This document shows positions 1-13,334 of a stretch of DNA of 64,000 bases, one piece after another. The stretch spans positions 62,001 through 126,000 of the forward strand of contig CAXHJY010000079.1 of the NCBI GenBank assembly GCA_964016885.1, given 5' to 3'. Origin of the DNA: Eledone cirrhosa (taxonomy: Eukaryota). The first letter of the stretch is position 1. Each line of letters starts with the position of its first letter. Below the pieces are notes generated by a model. The model worked only from the letters and a program-made list of their open reading frames with translations, was not told where the DNA came from and made no database searches. The position numbers were made by a program, and so were the translations under genes.

Positions 1-787
1 ATATAAACTCAAATTTTTTTGGGGCAGATGATTCACACATATTTGTAGGGCAGGGATGGGTTGTTTGAGAAAGAAAGAGAGGAAAGATGTGAAACAGAAA
101 GACCAAAAAAGATGACAAAACAAAAATGTGAAAAAAAAGAAGTGAGGTGAAATTTCAGGATTTATATATATAAAGAGGCAAACGCCTACTGATGAAACAA
201 TTCCAAGCTCCTAGTTTATGTAATGTGTAATATGATTACCTAACATTCTGCACATGACTGCACCTTTTGGTGCATGATGAACAGATTGGGATCGTGGAAA
301 CTGTTATAGCAGTCAAGGACCATATTATCTTACCATCACTAAGTCGTCTTTCTCACTGATTAACGAAAATGTGCAATCTGGTTAGCTGAGTTTGAATTTT
401 AATAATTTGAAATTAGTTGTTCATCGATTGAGTGGACAAACTACCGAAGTTATGTCGAGAATGGCCCGAGTAAATGGGCCTTCCCTCTATATGAGCCTGT
501 AGGTTGAGGAAAAAGAGGAAGAGAGGAAAGGGGTACAAACTCTTCATACTCCTGGAGATGAGGGTTGCACATTTTTTCGGGGGTATGTGTTACCCATATA
601 AAATGTCTCCCCCTCTTGGGGAAAATCGATTAATTTTTAAATTGCATTTTTGATAGTATTTTACACGTTTTTATTGTATGTAAACTTCCCCCTTTGTATT
701 TGTCCCCTTCTTTTGTGCTCCTGTGGCTAATAAAGAAACATATCTATATGTGTGTGTATATATATACATATATATATATATATATAA

Positions 788-1013
788 CATCCAGTCCGAA
801 ATAAATGAGGTTGTGTAGGTGTCACGACAAAAAAACACACAGTCCACGCTGTAATCTGGCTGTGTAGGTAACACGGTAAAAACCTCCCAGTCCACACTGT
901 AAACGTGGTTGGTGTTAGGAAGGGCATCCAGCCGTAGAAAACCCGCCAGACAGTCCTATACGAGCAAGACAACCAAGCTTGCCTCAAGTGGACGTTAAAC
1001 GATGATGATGATG
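788..1013 (+). mobile_element. 5'-truncated copy of the RTE LINE 3' UTR with (GAT)n tail
   Basis: Closely matches 61289-61564 (gtgtcacgacaaaaaaacacacagtccacgctgtaat...ggttggtgttaggaagggcatcc...ggacgttaaacgatgatgat), with a short internal deletion before the tail; flanked by (TA)n. Confidence 0.85.
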
Positions 1014-1073
1014 ATATATATATATATATGGAGAATAGGCTTATCTGTGTAGTTGCTAGTTAAGGTAGGCTGA

Positions 1074-1272
1074 AAAATGGAATGAGAATAAGAAGAAAGC
1101 AAGAAGGGGGGTGGGGGGGTGTTCCTCATCAGTTGTCTACTGGGGGTCTCAGATATTTCAACGCTTTAAAGAGAAGTGAGGGAAACAATAAGGTGCGAGA
1201 CCCCCAGTAGACAACTGATGAGGAAAATTCCCCCCCACCGTTCTTGCTTTCTTCTTATTCTCATTCCATTTT
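1074..1272. repeat. Fold-back inverted repeat (~77-bp arms, 46-bp spacer) between (TA)n tracts
   Basis: 1074-1150 (aaaatggaatgagaataagaagaaagcaagaa...cctcatcagttgtctactgggggtctc) is the imperfect reverse complement of 1197-1272. Confidence 0.85.
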
Positions 1273-1299
1273 AAGATTAAGATATATATATATATATAT

Positions 1300-1607
1300 T
1301 CTCAGACCGGGTGATGTGTTGTTTCCGTGAGCAAGACACTTTATTTCACATAGCTCCAATTTACTCAGCTGTAGAAATGAGATGATAGGGACTGCAAAGT
1401 GGTCGTGGAAGTGCCACGGCAAAAAAGCACCCAGCCCACACTGTAAAGTGGACGTGTGGGCACCATGGAAGTGAAGAACCCAGCACTCACCGTAAATGAG
1501 GTTGGTGTTAGGAAGGGCATCCACCTGTAGAAATCAAGCCAGAATCAGTTCCCGTCCCACCTTTGCAAGCAGGGAAGGGCGGACGTAAAATGATGATGAT
1601 GATGATA
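1300..1607 (+). mobile_element. 5'-truncated CORE-like SINE with RTE-type 3' tail
   Basis: CORE-like segment tgagcaagacactttatttcaca..gctcc..tttactcagctgt, then ggttggtgttaggaagggcatcc and ggacgtaaaatgatgatgat tail shared with the RTE; inverse copy at 17657-17992. Confidence 0.75.
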
Positions 1608-1729
1608 TGTATTTGAGGGAGGAAATTATATTAAAAAAAAAAATAATAATATGAATATGAAAAGAAACCAGAAGAAAGCCATGGACCAACAGTTTATAAA
1701 GTCTGAATTCATTATAATCAACAATAATT

Positions 1730-1958
1730 GCTTCTACTTCCGACCCTCTACCGATACTGCCAATCAACAATAATTGTTTCTTGTATAGGCACAAGACCAG
1801 CAGTTTTGGGGGAGGGGAAAATCGATTGAATTGACCCCAGTGTGTGACTGGTACTTTATTTTATCGACCCCGTAAGGATGAAAGGCAAAGTTAACCTCGG
1901 CGGGATTTGAACTCAGATCATAAAGGGCCGTAACTCTATACTGCCAATCAACAATAAT
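1730..1958 (-). mobile_element. Deu/Nin-domain-like tRNA-derived SINE
   Basis: Minus strand reads ctgagttcaaatcccgccgaggttaactttgcctttcatccttacggggtcgataaaataaagtaccag (B-box plus Deu/Nin-like core); many copies in the window. Confidence 0.7.
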
Positions 1959-2099
1959 GCTGGGAAGATGTACTTGGAAATCCTATATTCTACCATGGAA
2001 TGGTATTAGATCTAGAAATGTCTTTAAAAAAAAAAAAGAAATGATAATAATCATCATCGTTCATCGTCATTTAACGTCCATCTTCGACACTAGCATGGG

Positions 2100-2300
2100 T
2101 AGGAGGATGATGATGATGATGATGAAAGTAGTGGTGATGATGATGATGATGATAATGGTAATGATGATGATGATGGTGATGATGATGAAAATTATGATGG
2201 TGGTGGGGATAATGATATTGATCATTATCATCATAAAAAGAATGAAAATAATAATGATGACGATGATGAAAATAATGCTAATAATGATGATAATAAAATG
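2100..2300. repeat. (GAT/AAT)n microsatellite
   Basis: Direct trinucleotide repeats; explains the poly-Met ORF 1957..2496. Confidence 0.9.
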
Positions 2301-2440
2301 GCTAGATAAAAATCTACAGACTCTAATAGCTTATCAGAGGCTCTTGAAATTTTATCTGCATCAGCTTGTGAACGGTTATGGTTTTGATCTGTTTGTTAAT
2401 GATATTTTAGCGCTCATGGAATTGATTTTGAAGAAGTTGA

Positions 2441-2593
2441 GCTGGCATGATGTGAACAGTTTGGCAAGGACCCCTACAACTGAGAAGCTGACATGATGTG
2501 AATAGTTTGGTGAGGACCCCTACAACTGAGAAGCTGACATGATGTGAACAGTTTGGCAAGGACCCTTACAACTGAGAAGCTGACATGATGTGA
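2441..2593. repeat. 46-bp tandem repeat, ~3.3 copies
   Basis: Unit gctgacatgatgtgaacagtttggcaaggacccctacaactgagaa. Confidence 0.9.
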
Positions 2594-2939
2594 GATAGTG
2601 AGAGAGAGAAAAGCAGAAAAACATAGGGATGGAGAGAGAAAGATAGAGATAGGGAGTGAGATAGAGAGAGGAAAGAGAGAGATGAAGTGTAAGAGAGAAA
2701 GAGAAGATAGGGAGAGAAAGATAGAGTGAGAGAGAGGGAGAGAACATAGAAAGTGAAAGACAGGGAGAGAAAGATAGAGAGAGAGAGAGAGAAAGATAGA
2801 GAGTGCGCGAGAAAGATAGATAGAGAGAGAGAGAGAGAAAGATAGAGGAAGAGAGAGAGAGAGATTTTAGAATATCTTTTCATATTTCCGACAAGTGATT
2901 ATCTCAGCAGAGTAAAGATTAATAATCTGTTTTGCATAA

Positions 2940-3420
2940 TGGTAGAATAGTAACGGTGTTGGTAGAATGGTAGAATAGTAACGGTGTTGGTAGAATGGTA
3001 GAACGGTAATGGTATTGGTAGAATGGTAGAACGGTAATGGTATTGGTAGAACGGTTGAATGGTATTGGTAGAATGGTAGAACGGTAATGGTATTGGTAGA
3101 ATGGTAGAATAGTAACGATGTTGGTAGAATGGTAGAATAGTAACGGTGTTGGTAGAATGGTAGAACGGTAATGGTATTGGTAGAATGGTAGAATGGTATT
3201 GGTAGAACGGTAGAACGGTAGAATGGTATTGGTAGAATGGTAGAATGGTAATAGTATTGGTAGAATGGTAAATGGTAATGGTATTGGTAGAATGGTAATG
3301 TTAGGTTGGTAGTAGTAGAATATTAATGGTAATGTCAACAGTAGAATGGTAACAATAGATTGGTAATAGTAGTGGTAGAATGGTATTGGTAGAATAGTAA
3401 TGTTAGAATGGTAATTGATA
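2940..3420. repeat. Degenerate tggtagaa-based minisatellite
   Basis: Repeated tggtagaa/tggtat/acggt units. Confidence 0.85.
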
Positions 3421-4116
3421 CCAAGATCTGTCTGTATTCTATACATTGAATAAAAATGTCTACCACCAAGTCATACTCGATCGTAAGTGACGGTTGTAGG
3501 TTTCGTACATATATACACATAAATATGTACATATACATATATGAATATGTAACACAACAAATATATACACACATATATACATATATGAATGAGTGTAACA
3601 CAAATATACATATATATGAATGCACGTAACAACAAATATATATATATATACACATATCAATATATATACACAACAAAAGTGCAATGTGTCCAAATAATGA
3701 GAAATGCAGTTTTTGTGTTGTGTCCCATCTGTATTTTGTTTTTATCTAACGAGGCCCTTTTATTAATGTATACCATTGTTTATCTAACGAGGTCTTTTAA
3801 TACTATTTAAAAGACAACCCCTCCCAGATTCTCATATCAACAGACAGAAATATGGAACTATAATGAAAAAGAAAAGACTAGATTTACAAAGAAATGGTGA
3901 GAATTTATCTATCTCTCCTCCAGCCCCATTATGTTAATAGCTGAGTCAACAAGATACAAAATGACCTGACCTAGACCTAAACAGACCACCCCAGGTCCTA
4001 ACTAGATGGTAGAGAAGTTGGTAACTAATATTACTTTCTCTGCCACTGTCTGTTTTGTTCATTGACAAAACACTTGTCGGATCTTCTGACTAATTGATAT
4101 AAAGAAAGAAGGGATA

Positions 4117-4193
<77 letters not shown>

Positions 4194-4350
4194 CACCAGG
4201 ATCTGTCTCTGAAAACAACTCTTTACTAGAGAGGGCCATGGTGTCCAAAACATGACTGGGCTGTGAATCATGATCTGAAAGACTTTGCCAGGTGGTACTA
4301 TTAAGTTAGATAAGGCCTAGGCCAATACTGGCAAAAAAAATTATCAAAGT

Positions 4351-4402
<52 letters not shown>

Positions 4403-5322
4403 GGATAGACAGGCAGATAGAGAGATAGACAGCTAAATAGATAAACAGGAAGATAGATGGATAGACAGACAGATTAATAGATAGATAGGCAGATATATAG
4501 ATAGATAGATAGATGGATAGATAGACAGATTAATAGATAGACAGACAAAGAGATTGATATATAATCTGGATACATGGAGGGTAGAGTTAAAATAATAGCA
4601 AAAATGACTGAAAGTAACATAATATTGCGTGACACCCAGTTTTCTCAAGAAAAAGAGGAAAAAAGGAGAAAAAAGATTTGGGTGGAGTAGCATAAAGAAG
4701 GACATTTTTCATTAGAATCTAAAGTTAGTTCCAAAGATATTTAAAGTAACACAGGGAGACAGACACATGGCTGAAATTAATAACAGAATATCTCCAAGTG
4801 TGAAAATAAAATTTTGAGAAATAAATTTTTAAAGAAAAAACAGAAAAGCAAATAAGCAAGCATCGTCACACACTCACACACACACACACATATATATATA
4901 ACCTCCACACACATACAACTCCACACACATACATAAACACAACTCCACACATGCATACAACCTCCAACACACATACATACAACCTCCTACACACACAATT
5001 ACACCCCAAATACAAATTCAACTACCAGATAAGACACATATCACACACACATACACACACTCAAGCAAATGAAAAGCCCTTTACATGATCAACCAGCCTG
5101 CTAGAAATAGAAGCTAAATCTCCTTTAAATCAGATCCTACAAAGGAAGGACAAAAAACCCCAAAAACCCAGAGACAAAAAAATGTGACATCTTTGCCCAC
5201 TTTTTCCTGTCTCCAAGGCTGCTTTGCCGAATTTATTCAACAGTTATTGTAGTTACATTTATTGTAGTTGTATAGAGTGTAGTGGTTGTGTTTTTAGGTT
5301 TTAAAGTTCCTTTAAGACTTAC

Positions 5323-5520
5323 CTTTTTCAAATGTCCATTTGAAGTTCCTACTAAAACAACGATGTGCGACGTTGATTTTGTCAGTGCAACAGAAGTTAA
5401 AGTTTCATTTGGAAAAGTGATAACTGCCTTTGATTCCACAGGGACATGTCCAGTAACTTTGGAATAAATTGGAAGTGGTTCTATATTACACATATACTGT
5501 TCATCAGTCATCAGTTTATC
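5323..5520 (-). CDS. Plexin-like receptor, second coding exon (C-terminal part of Sema domain)
   Basis: 198 bp, phase 0/0. Acceptor ttttgttgttgcag at 5521, donor AAG|gtaagt at 5322. Encodes DKLMTDEQYMC...LTSVALT..HIVVLVGTSNGHLKK; an exon ending at GTxxGxLKK is typical of plexins; in frame with the 27698-26682 exon. Confidence 0.85.
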
Positions 5521-7548
5521 CTGCAACAACAAAAGAACAAGATCATAATTTAATTATTTATTTATTCATTTTTTATCAACATCATCCTTTTATGTTTTTT
5601 TTTTTCCTATGTTGGCATGGGATGGACAGGTAATTAAGGATTAAGTCAGAGCTATTGTCCCCTTAAATGGGCTGGGCAACCACATCTCACTCAATAAGTT
5701 TCTATTTTCAGCATGCTCTAACTACTAAGCCTTATACTTGAGTATAAATCACACCTTTTCCCATGAAAATATGATGTGAAAAATCCCCAATATGTGAATC
5801 AACTGCTGCACCTAGAAAACCTCAGTTCAAAACCTCATTGCTTCAGCCACAAATCTAGGGACAGTTACCTGTAACAGAGATACAGAAGATAATTAAATAC
5901 CAGGATTTCACTGACTGCTTCCTTTTTGTGCCAGTGGTCACCAAGACGTCCAATGTCTCCGGTCCTCAGACAAACGTTTTCTTTTGTAAAATTTGGAAGG
6001 CTTCATCTCACCAGAAGAAGGAGCCCCACTAAAGAGTGAATGGCTGATGCAGTGGCTGTTTACCATGGCAATAGTTTTGTCTCCTTGTTTGTAAAGGTAC
6101 AACTAAGACATATCACCAAGCCAAAGCTGTAGAGTTTACCCCCTTTCTTTACTCCTCGCCTTTTTTCCCATTATTTAGTTTTTCTATCTATCACCATTTC
6201 TTTCTATTCCATTTTCTCCCTCTTCTTGTAGATTATTTAAACACTTTCATTATCATATACTTCTGTTCATTAATAAAAAGTATTCCATATTCCATCCAGA
6301 TAAAATATCTGGTACATTGTAAATGTCTGAAAAATGGAGGTCTGATTGATACACTGGTATATACAAAAATCAGAAAACATGAAACAATTTCCTGCCATGT
6401 TACTACAAAACACAATAAAATCTCAGCAGTAAATGGATTTTAACTTATCTCACACAACTCAAAAATCACTGAAAAAATATGTCAATAACTGAATCATTCA
6501 ACCATTTTATCTCTTTTACTCAGATTGATTTTGTTTTTCCATTTTCTTTTTATTAGTAACCAAATCCACAACTGATTAATGTGAAAGATACTCTCTCTCT
6601 CTCTCTTTGAAGAAAATTGTAGCAACAGCACGATTGTAATTGTTTTCAAAGATTATATGAAAAGATGTGTATCAATGTATAGAAATTATGATATGATTAG
6701 TAAAGTTTGTTCATATTTCATAAAATATGTGAAGCAAAATGCTAGTTAAAGTGGTTAACTAAGTTATTTTATCTTGGAGAAAAATATTGGAAACAAAAGA
6801 CAGCTTGGATGTTCGTGACAAAGGTTTGAAATGGTCAAAAGAAATTCACTGAAAGTATGTTCCAGCCATTGTTTCCAACACAAAGGATCTGCATGTCTAA
6901 AGCACAGATCATGAGATGTATAATATGGTAGTCAGTTATCAGTAACAACAACAACTCACTCCATAATAAAACCTCCCAATAAAACATAACTATAAGGAAA
7001 CTACTATGAAATGTATGCAGTTTTTACCGTGATATATATATATATTACATATATATAATATATATATTACATATATATCACATATATATATATATATAAC
7101 ATGTACATTACATATATGTTATTGCATATATGATATTTGTTATTAATACTAACTGTTTACTTTGAAGTTTTGCCGAAGCTACCAGTTTTTCAAAACAGTA
7201 TTGCTAAGATAACATTTTTACTATATATAGCGTTGATTAGGTTTAGGTAGGAAGTAGTATGTAGATGTAGTAAATACCAATACTAAAACAGGTATGTTAG
7301 GCTAAAGAAAAGGTGGAGCAAGGAAAGATCAAATAAACAATAAGGAAGAAATGGGTGCAGGAAGTATTTACCATGTGCACAATAGTCATGCAGTATATAA
7401 ATAGGAAGATATAATATTCTGAGTTCAAATTATGCCGAGGTCAACTTTAAATATAGTACTTGTAAGAACTGGGGCTAAATTAATCCACGTGTACATTCCC
7501 TGATAAAATGCAGGCCTTGTTTCAGAATCACACTATTATTATTATTAT

Positions 7549-7912
7549 TGTTCTTTGAGTCTCAGTCATTGATGTTATTTAACTGGAAAGTTTGTTGAAA
7601 TGAATATCAAGCCGCTACCTGCAGCCTCAGATATTCAGGACGTATCGGAGGGTTCTTGCTGTTCCCAGCAAGCATGCCTTTTGAAGTGTTCCAAAAAGCG
7701 GGGCTGGACTAATCTTCTTTAACCATCCTTGGAAACTCTTTGAGATAGTCCCTAGTGCGCCCATGACAATCGGGACCACTTTGACTTCATGGCAGTTCCA
7801 AATCCTTTTTACCTCCGACTTTAAGTCCTGGTATCGGTTAATTTTCTCCTTTTTCTTTTCTTGCCCTCTTGTGTCAAATGAGCAGGCTACATCTACAGTC
7901 AGGCACAATCTT
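7549..7912 (-). mobile_element. 5'-truncated R4/Dong-clade non-LTR retrotransposon (RLE endonuclease C-terminus plus 3' UTR)
   Basis: VDVACSFD...EKINRYQDLKSEVKRIW...VVPIVMGALG...LQKACLLGTARTLRYVL* is the characteristic RLE C-terminus; abuts (TAA)n at both ends. Confidence 0.8.
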
Positions 7913-8561
7913 TTTATTATTATTATTCTTGTTATGTGTTTGGTCCTTGTGGCCAATAAATGAAATCATGTTTTCATTGTTGTTCTAGGCTTGATCCCAT
8001 TACACACCTGAGTTGCTCAATGTTTTTTTTAACAGGAATTGGTTGACAGACAACACAGTTTCTGTGTTGTCAAAGTAGGACTATTTTGAAAGTATCATCC
8101 GTTTATAACCTGATCCTGACCATATTTCTAATAAAAGACGTTGCCGATAATTTTTATATCATTTTGAAATAATCAATAATTTGGAAGAATTTAGTAAAAT
8201 AACTTTCAGGGTGTGTGGAGCAGAAAGGGTTTTACATAAAATTATGTAAGCTTTTAGATAAATAAAACACCTTCAATGTATTTGGTAGTAACCCACCAAA
8301 AACAACCTCTGCTTCTAATCAACCCATTTGATAGTAACCCGCCAAAAACTGCTTCTAAGAAATAAAGCCCCAGATTTTACAAGATTCCTATTTAAATTCA
8401 AATTTTCTAATATAATTTTATATAAGAACTTTTTGTGAAGTTATTTCATAAATACCAACTTAATAAAATAACTAATCATTTTTTTTTTTTGTAAAACTCT
8501 TCAAATTCTTCATTAATTAATTGAAATACAATGTATTTCATTAGTCATATGGTCCTGACTG

Positions 8562-11500
8562 GGTTAACAGTGGTAGGTGTGTTGACTGAGGGGTGGGTGT
8601 GACACTGGTAGGTTAGTAGTGTTGACTGTGGGGTGGGTGTAACAGTGGTAGGTTAGTAGTGTTGACTGTGGGGTGGGTGTGGTAGTGGTAGGTTAGTAGT
8701 GTGGACTGTGGGGTGGGTGTAACAGTGGTAGGTTAGTAGTGTTGACTGAGGGGTGGGTGTGACACTGGTAGGTTAGTAGTGTTGACTGTGGGGTGGATGT
8801 AACAGTGGTAGGTTAGTAGTGTTGACTGTGGGGTGGGTGTAACAGTGGTAGGTTAGTAGTGTTGACTGTGGGGTGGGTGTGACACTGGTAGGTTAGTAGT
8901 GTTGACTGTGGGGTGGGTGTAACAGTGGTAGGTTAGTAGTGTTGACTGTGGGGTGGGTGTGACAGTGGTAGGTTAGTAGTGTTGACTGTGGGGTGGGTGT
9001 GACACTGGTAGGTTAGTAGTGTTGACTGTGGGGTGGGTGTAACAGTGGTAGGTTAGTAGTGTTGACTGTGGGGTGGGTGTGACAGTGGTAGGTTAGTAGT
9101 GTTGACTGTGAGGTGGGTGTAACAGTGGTAGGTTAGTAGTGTTGACTGTGGGGTGGGTGTGGTAGTGGTAGGTTAGTAGTGTTAACTGTGGGGTGGGTGT
9201 GACAGTGGTAGGTTAGTAGTGTTGACTGTGGGGTGGGTGTGACAGGGGTAGGTTAGTAGTGTTGACTGTGGGGTGGGTGTGGTAGTGGTAGGTTAGTAGT
9301 GTTAACTGTGGGGTGTGACAGTGGTAGGTTAGTAGTGTTAACTGTGGGGTGGGTGTGACAGGGGTAGGTTAGTAGTGTTGACTGTGGGGTGGGTGTGGTA
9401 GTGGTAGGTTAGTAGTGTTAACTGTGGGTGGGTGTGACAGTGGTAGGTTAGTAGTGTTGACTGTGGGGTGGGTGTGACATGGGTAGGTTAGTAGTGTTGA
9501 CTGTGAGGTGGGTGTGACACTGGTAGGTTAGTAGTGTTGACTGTGTGGTGGGTGTGACATGCGTAGGTTAGTAGTGTTAACTGTGGGATGGGTGTGACAG
9601 TGGTAGGTTAGTAGTGTTGACTGTGGGGTGGGTGTGACATGGGTAGGTTAGTAGTGTTGACTGTGAGGTGGGTGTGACACTGGTAGGTTAGTAGTGTTGA
9701 CTGTGGGGTAGGTGTGACAGTGGTAGGTTAGTAGTGTTGACTGTGGGGTGGGTGTGACAGTGGTAGGTTAGTAGTGTTGACTGTGGGGTGGGTGTGACAC
9801 TGGTAGGTTAGTAGTGTTGACTGTGGGGTAGGTGTGACAGTGGTAGGTTAGTAGTGTTGACTGTGGGGTGGGTGTGACAGTGGTAGGTTAGTAGTGTTGA
9901 CTGTGGGGTAGGTGTGACAGTGGTAGGTTAGTAGTGTTGACTGTGAGGTGGGTGTGACAGTGGTAGGTTAGTAGTGTTGACTGTGGGGTGGGTGTGACAG
10001 TGGTAGGTTAGTAGTGTTGACTGTGGGGTGGGTGTGACACTGGTAGGTTAGTAGTGTTGACTGTGGGGTAGGTGTGACAGTGGTAGGTTAGTAGTGTTGA
10101 CTGTGAGGTGGGTGTAACAGTGGTAGGTTAGTAGTGTTGACAGTGAGGTGGGTGTGACAGTGGTAGGTTAGTAGTGTTGACTGTGGGGTGGGTGTGACAG
10201 TGGTAGGTTAGTAGTGTTGACTGTGGGGTGGGTGTGACAGTGGTAGGTTAGTAGTGTTGACTGTGGGTGGGTGTGACAGGGGTAGGTTAGTAGTGTTGAC
10301 TGTGAGGTGGGTGTAACAGTGGTAGGTTAGTAGTGTTGACTGTGGGGTGGGTGTGACAGGGGTAGGTTAGTAGTGTTGACTGTGGGGTGGGTGTGACAGT
10401 GGTAGGTTAGTAGTGTTGACTGTGGGGTGGGTGTGACAGTGGTAGGTTAGTAGTGTTGACTGTGAGGTGGGTGTAACAGTGGTAGGTTAGTAGTGTTGAC
10501 TGTGGGGTGGGTGTGACAGGGGTAGGTTAGTAGTGTTGACTGTGGGGTGGGTGTGACAGTGGTAGGTTAGTAGTGTTGACTGTGGGGTGGGTGTGACAGT
10601 GTTAGGTTAGTAGTGTTGACTGTGGGGTGGGTGTGACAGGGGTAGGTTAGTAGTGTTGACTGTGAGGTGGGTGTAACAGTGGTAGGTTAGTAGTGTTGAC
10701 TGTGGGGTGGGTGTGACAGTGGTAGGTTAGTAGTGTTGACTGTGGGGTGGGTGTGACAGGGGTAGGTTAGTAGTGTTGACTGTGGGGTGGGTGTGACAGT
10801 GGTAGGTTAGTAGTGTTGACTGTGGGGTGGGTGTGACAGGGGTAGGTTAGTAGTGTTGACTGTGAGGTGGGTGTAACAGTGGTAGGTTAGTAGTGTTGAC
10901 TGTGGGGTGGGTGTGACAGTGGTAGGTTAGTAGTGTTGACTGTGGGGTGGGTGTGACAGGGGTAGGTTAGTAGTGTTGACTGTGAGGTGGGTGTAACAGT
11001 GGTAGGTTAGTAGTGGTGACTGTGGGGTGGGTGTGACAGGGGTAGGTTAGTAGTGTTGACTGTGGGGTGGGTGTGACAGTGGTAGGTTAGTAGTGTTGAC
11101 TGTGGGGTGGGTGTGACAGTGGTAGGTTAGTAGTGTTGACTGTGGGGTGGGTGTGACAGTGGTAGGTTAGTAGTGTTGACTGTGGGGTGGGTGTGACAGG
11201 GGTAGGTTAGTAGTGTTGACTGTGAGGTGGGTGTAACAGTGGTAGGTTAGTAGTGTTGACTGTGGGGTGGGTGTGACAGTGGTAGGTTAGTAGTGTTGAC
11301 TGTGGGGTCGGTGTGACAGGGGTAGGTTAGTAGTGTTGACTGTGAGGTGGGTGTAACAGTGGTAGGTTAGTAGTGTTGACTGTGGGGTGGGTGTGACAGG
11401 GGTAGGTTAGTAGTGTTGACTGTGGGGTGGGTGTAACAGGGGTAGGTTAGTAGTGTTGACTGTGGGGTGGGTGTGACAGTGGTAGGTTAGTAGTGTTGAC

Positions 11501-13225
11501 AGTGAGGTGGGTATAACAGTGGTAGGTTAGTAGTTTTGACTGTGGGTGGGTGTGACAGTGGTAGGTTAGTAGTGTTGACTGTGGGGTGGGTGTGACACTG
11601 GTAGGTTAGTAGTGTTAACTGTGGGGTAGGTGTGACAGTGGTAGGTTAGTAGTGTTGACTGTGGGGTGGGTGTGACAGTGGTAGGTTAGTAGTGTTGACT
11701 GTGGGGTGGGTGTGACAGGGGTAGGTTAGTAGTGTTGACTGTGGGGTGGGTGTGACAGTGGTAGGTTAGTAGTGTTGACTGTGGGGTGGGTGTGACAGTG
11801 GTAGGTTAGTAGTGTTGACTGTGGGGTGGGTGTGACAGTGGTAGGTTAGTAGTGTTGACTGTGGGGTGGGTGTGACAGTGGTAGGTTAGTAGTGTTGACT
11901 GTGGGGTGGGTGTGACACTGGTAGGTTAGTAGTGTTGACTGTGGGGTGGGTGTGACACTGGTAGGTTAGTAGTGTTGACTGTGGGGTGGGTGTGACAGTG
12001 GTAGGTTAGTAGTGTTGACTGTGGGGTGGGTGTGACAGGGGTAGGTTAGTAGTGTTGACTGTGGGGTGGGTGTGACAGTGGTAGGTTAGTAGTGTTGACT
12101 GTGGGGTGGGTGTAACAGTAGTAGGTTAGTAGTGTTGACTGTGGGGTGGGTGTGACAGTGGTAGGTTACTAGTGTTGACTGTGGGTGGGTGTGACAGTGG
12201 TAGGTTAGTAGTGTTGACTGTGGGGTGGGTGTGACAGGGGTAGGTTAGTAGTGTTGACTGTGGGGTGGGTGTGACAGTGGTAGGTTAGTAGTGTTGACTG
12301 TGGGGTGGGTGTGACAGGGGTAGGTTAGTAGTGTTGACTGTGAGGTGGGTGTAACAGTGGTAGGTTAGTAGTGTTGACTGTGGGGTGGGTGTGACAGTGG
12401 TAGGTTAGTAGTGTTGACTGTGGGGTGGGTGTAACAGTAGTAGGTTAGTAGTGTTGACTGTGGGGTGGGTGTGACAGTGGTAGGTTAGTAGTGTTGACTG
12501 TGGGGTGGGTGTAACAGTAGTAGGTTAGTAGTGTTGACTGTGGGTGGGTGTGACAGTGGTAGGTTAGTAGTGTTGACTGTGGGGTGGGTGTGACAGTGGT
12601 AGGTTAGTAGTGTTGACTGTGGGGTGGGTGTGACAGGGGTAGGTTAGTAGTGTTGACTGTGGGGTGGGTGTGACAGTGGTAGGTTAGTAGTGTTGACTGT
12701 GGGGTGGGTGTAACAGTAGTAGGTTAGTAGTGTTGACTGTGGGGTGGGTGTGACAGTGGTAGGTTAGTAGTGTTGACTGTGGGGTGGGTGTAACAGTAGT
12801 AGGTTAGTAGTGTTGACTGTGGGGTGGGTGTGACAGTGGTAGGTTAGTAGTGTTGACTGTGGGGTGGGTGTGACAGGGGTAGGTTAGTAGTGTTGACTGT
12901 GGGGTGGGTGTAACAGTAGTAGGTTAGTAGTGTTGACTGTGGGTGGGTGTGACACTGGTAGGTTAGTAGTGTTGACTGTGGGGTGGGTGTGACAGTGGTA
13001 GGTTAGTAGTGTTGACTGTGGGGTGGGTGTGACAGGGGTAGGTTAGTAGTGTTGACTGTGGGGTGGGTGTGACAGGAGTAGGTTAGTAGTGTTGACTGTG
13101 GGGTGGGTGTGACAGTGGTAGGTTAGTAGTGTTGACTGTGGGATGGGTGTGACAGGGGTAGGTTAGTAGTGTTGACTGTGGGGTGGGTGTGGTAGTGGTA
13201 GGTTAGTAGTGTTGACTATGGGAGG
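8562..13225. repeat. 40-bp G-rich minisatellite array, ~115 copies
   Basis: Unit gttagtagtgttgactgtggggtgggtgtgacagtggtag with recurrent variants; no unique spacers. Confidence 0.97.
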
Positions 13226-13334
13226 GATAGTATGAGATGGTGTTAGTATGAAAGGTGTTCAGTACAATATCTCCTCAACTGCTACTCTATTCCATTAAAC
13301 AACTCCTCTTCCTATCACCCCCACCAACACTTTA

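Noticed and set aside
8562-13225. Long regular array resembling a CRISPR or telomeric array
   Set aside because: No unique spacers, no cas genes, no TTAGGG units; eukaryotic minisatellite.
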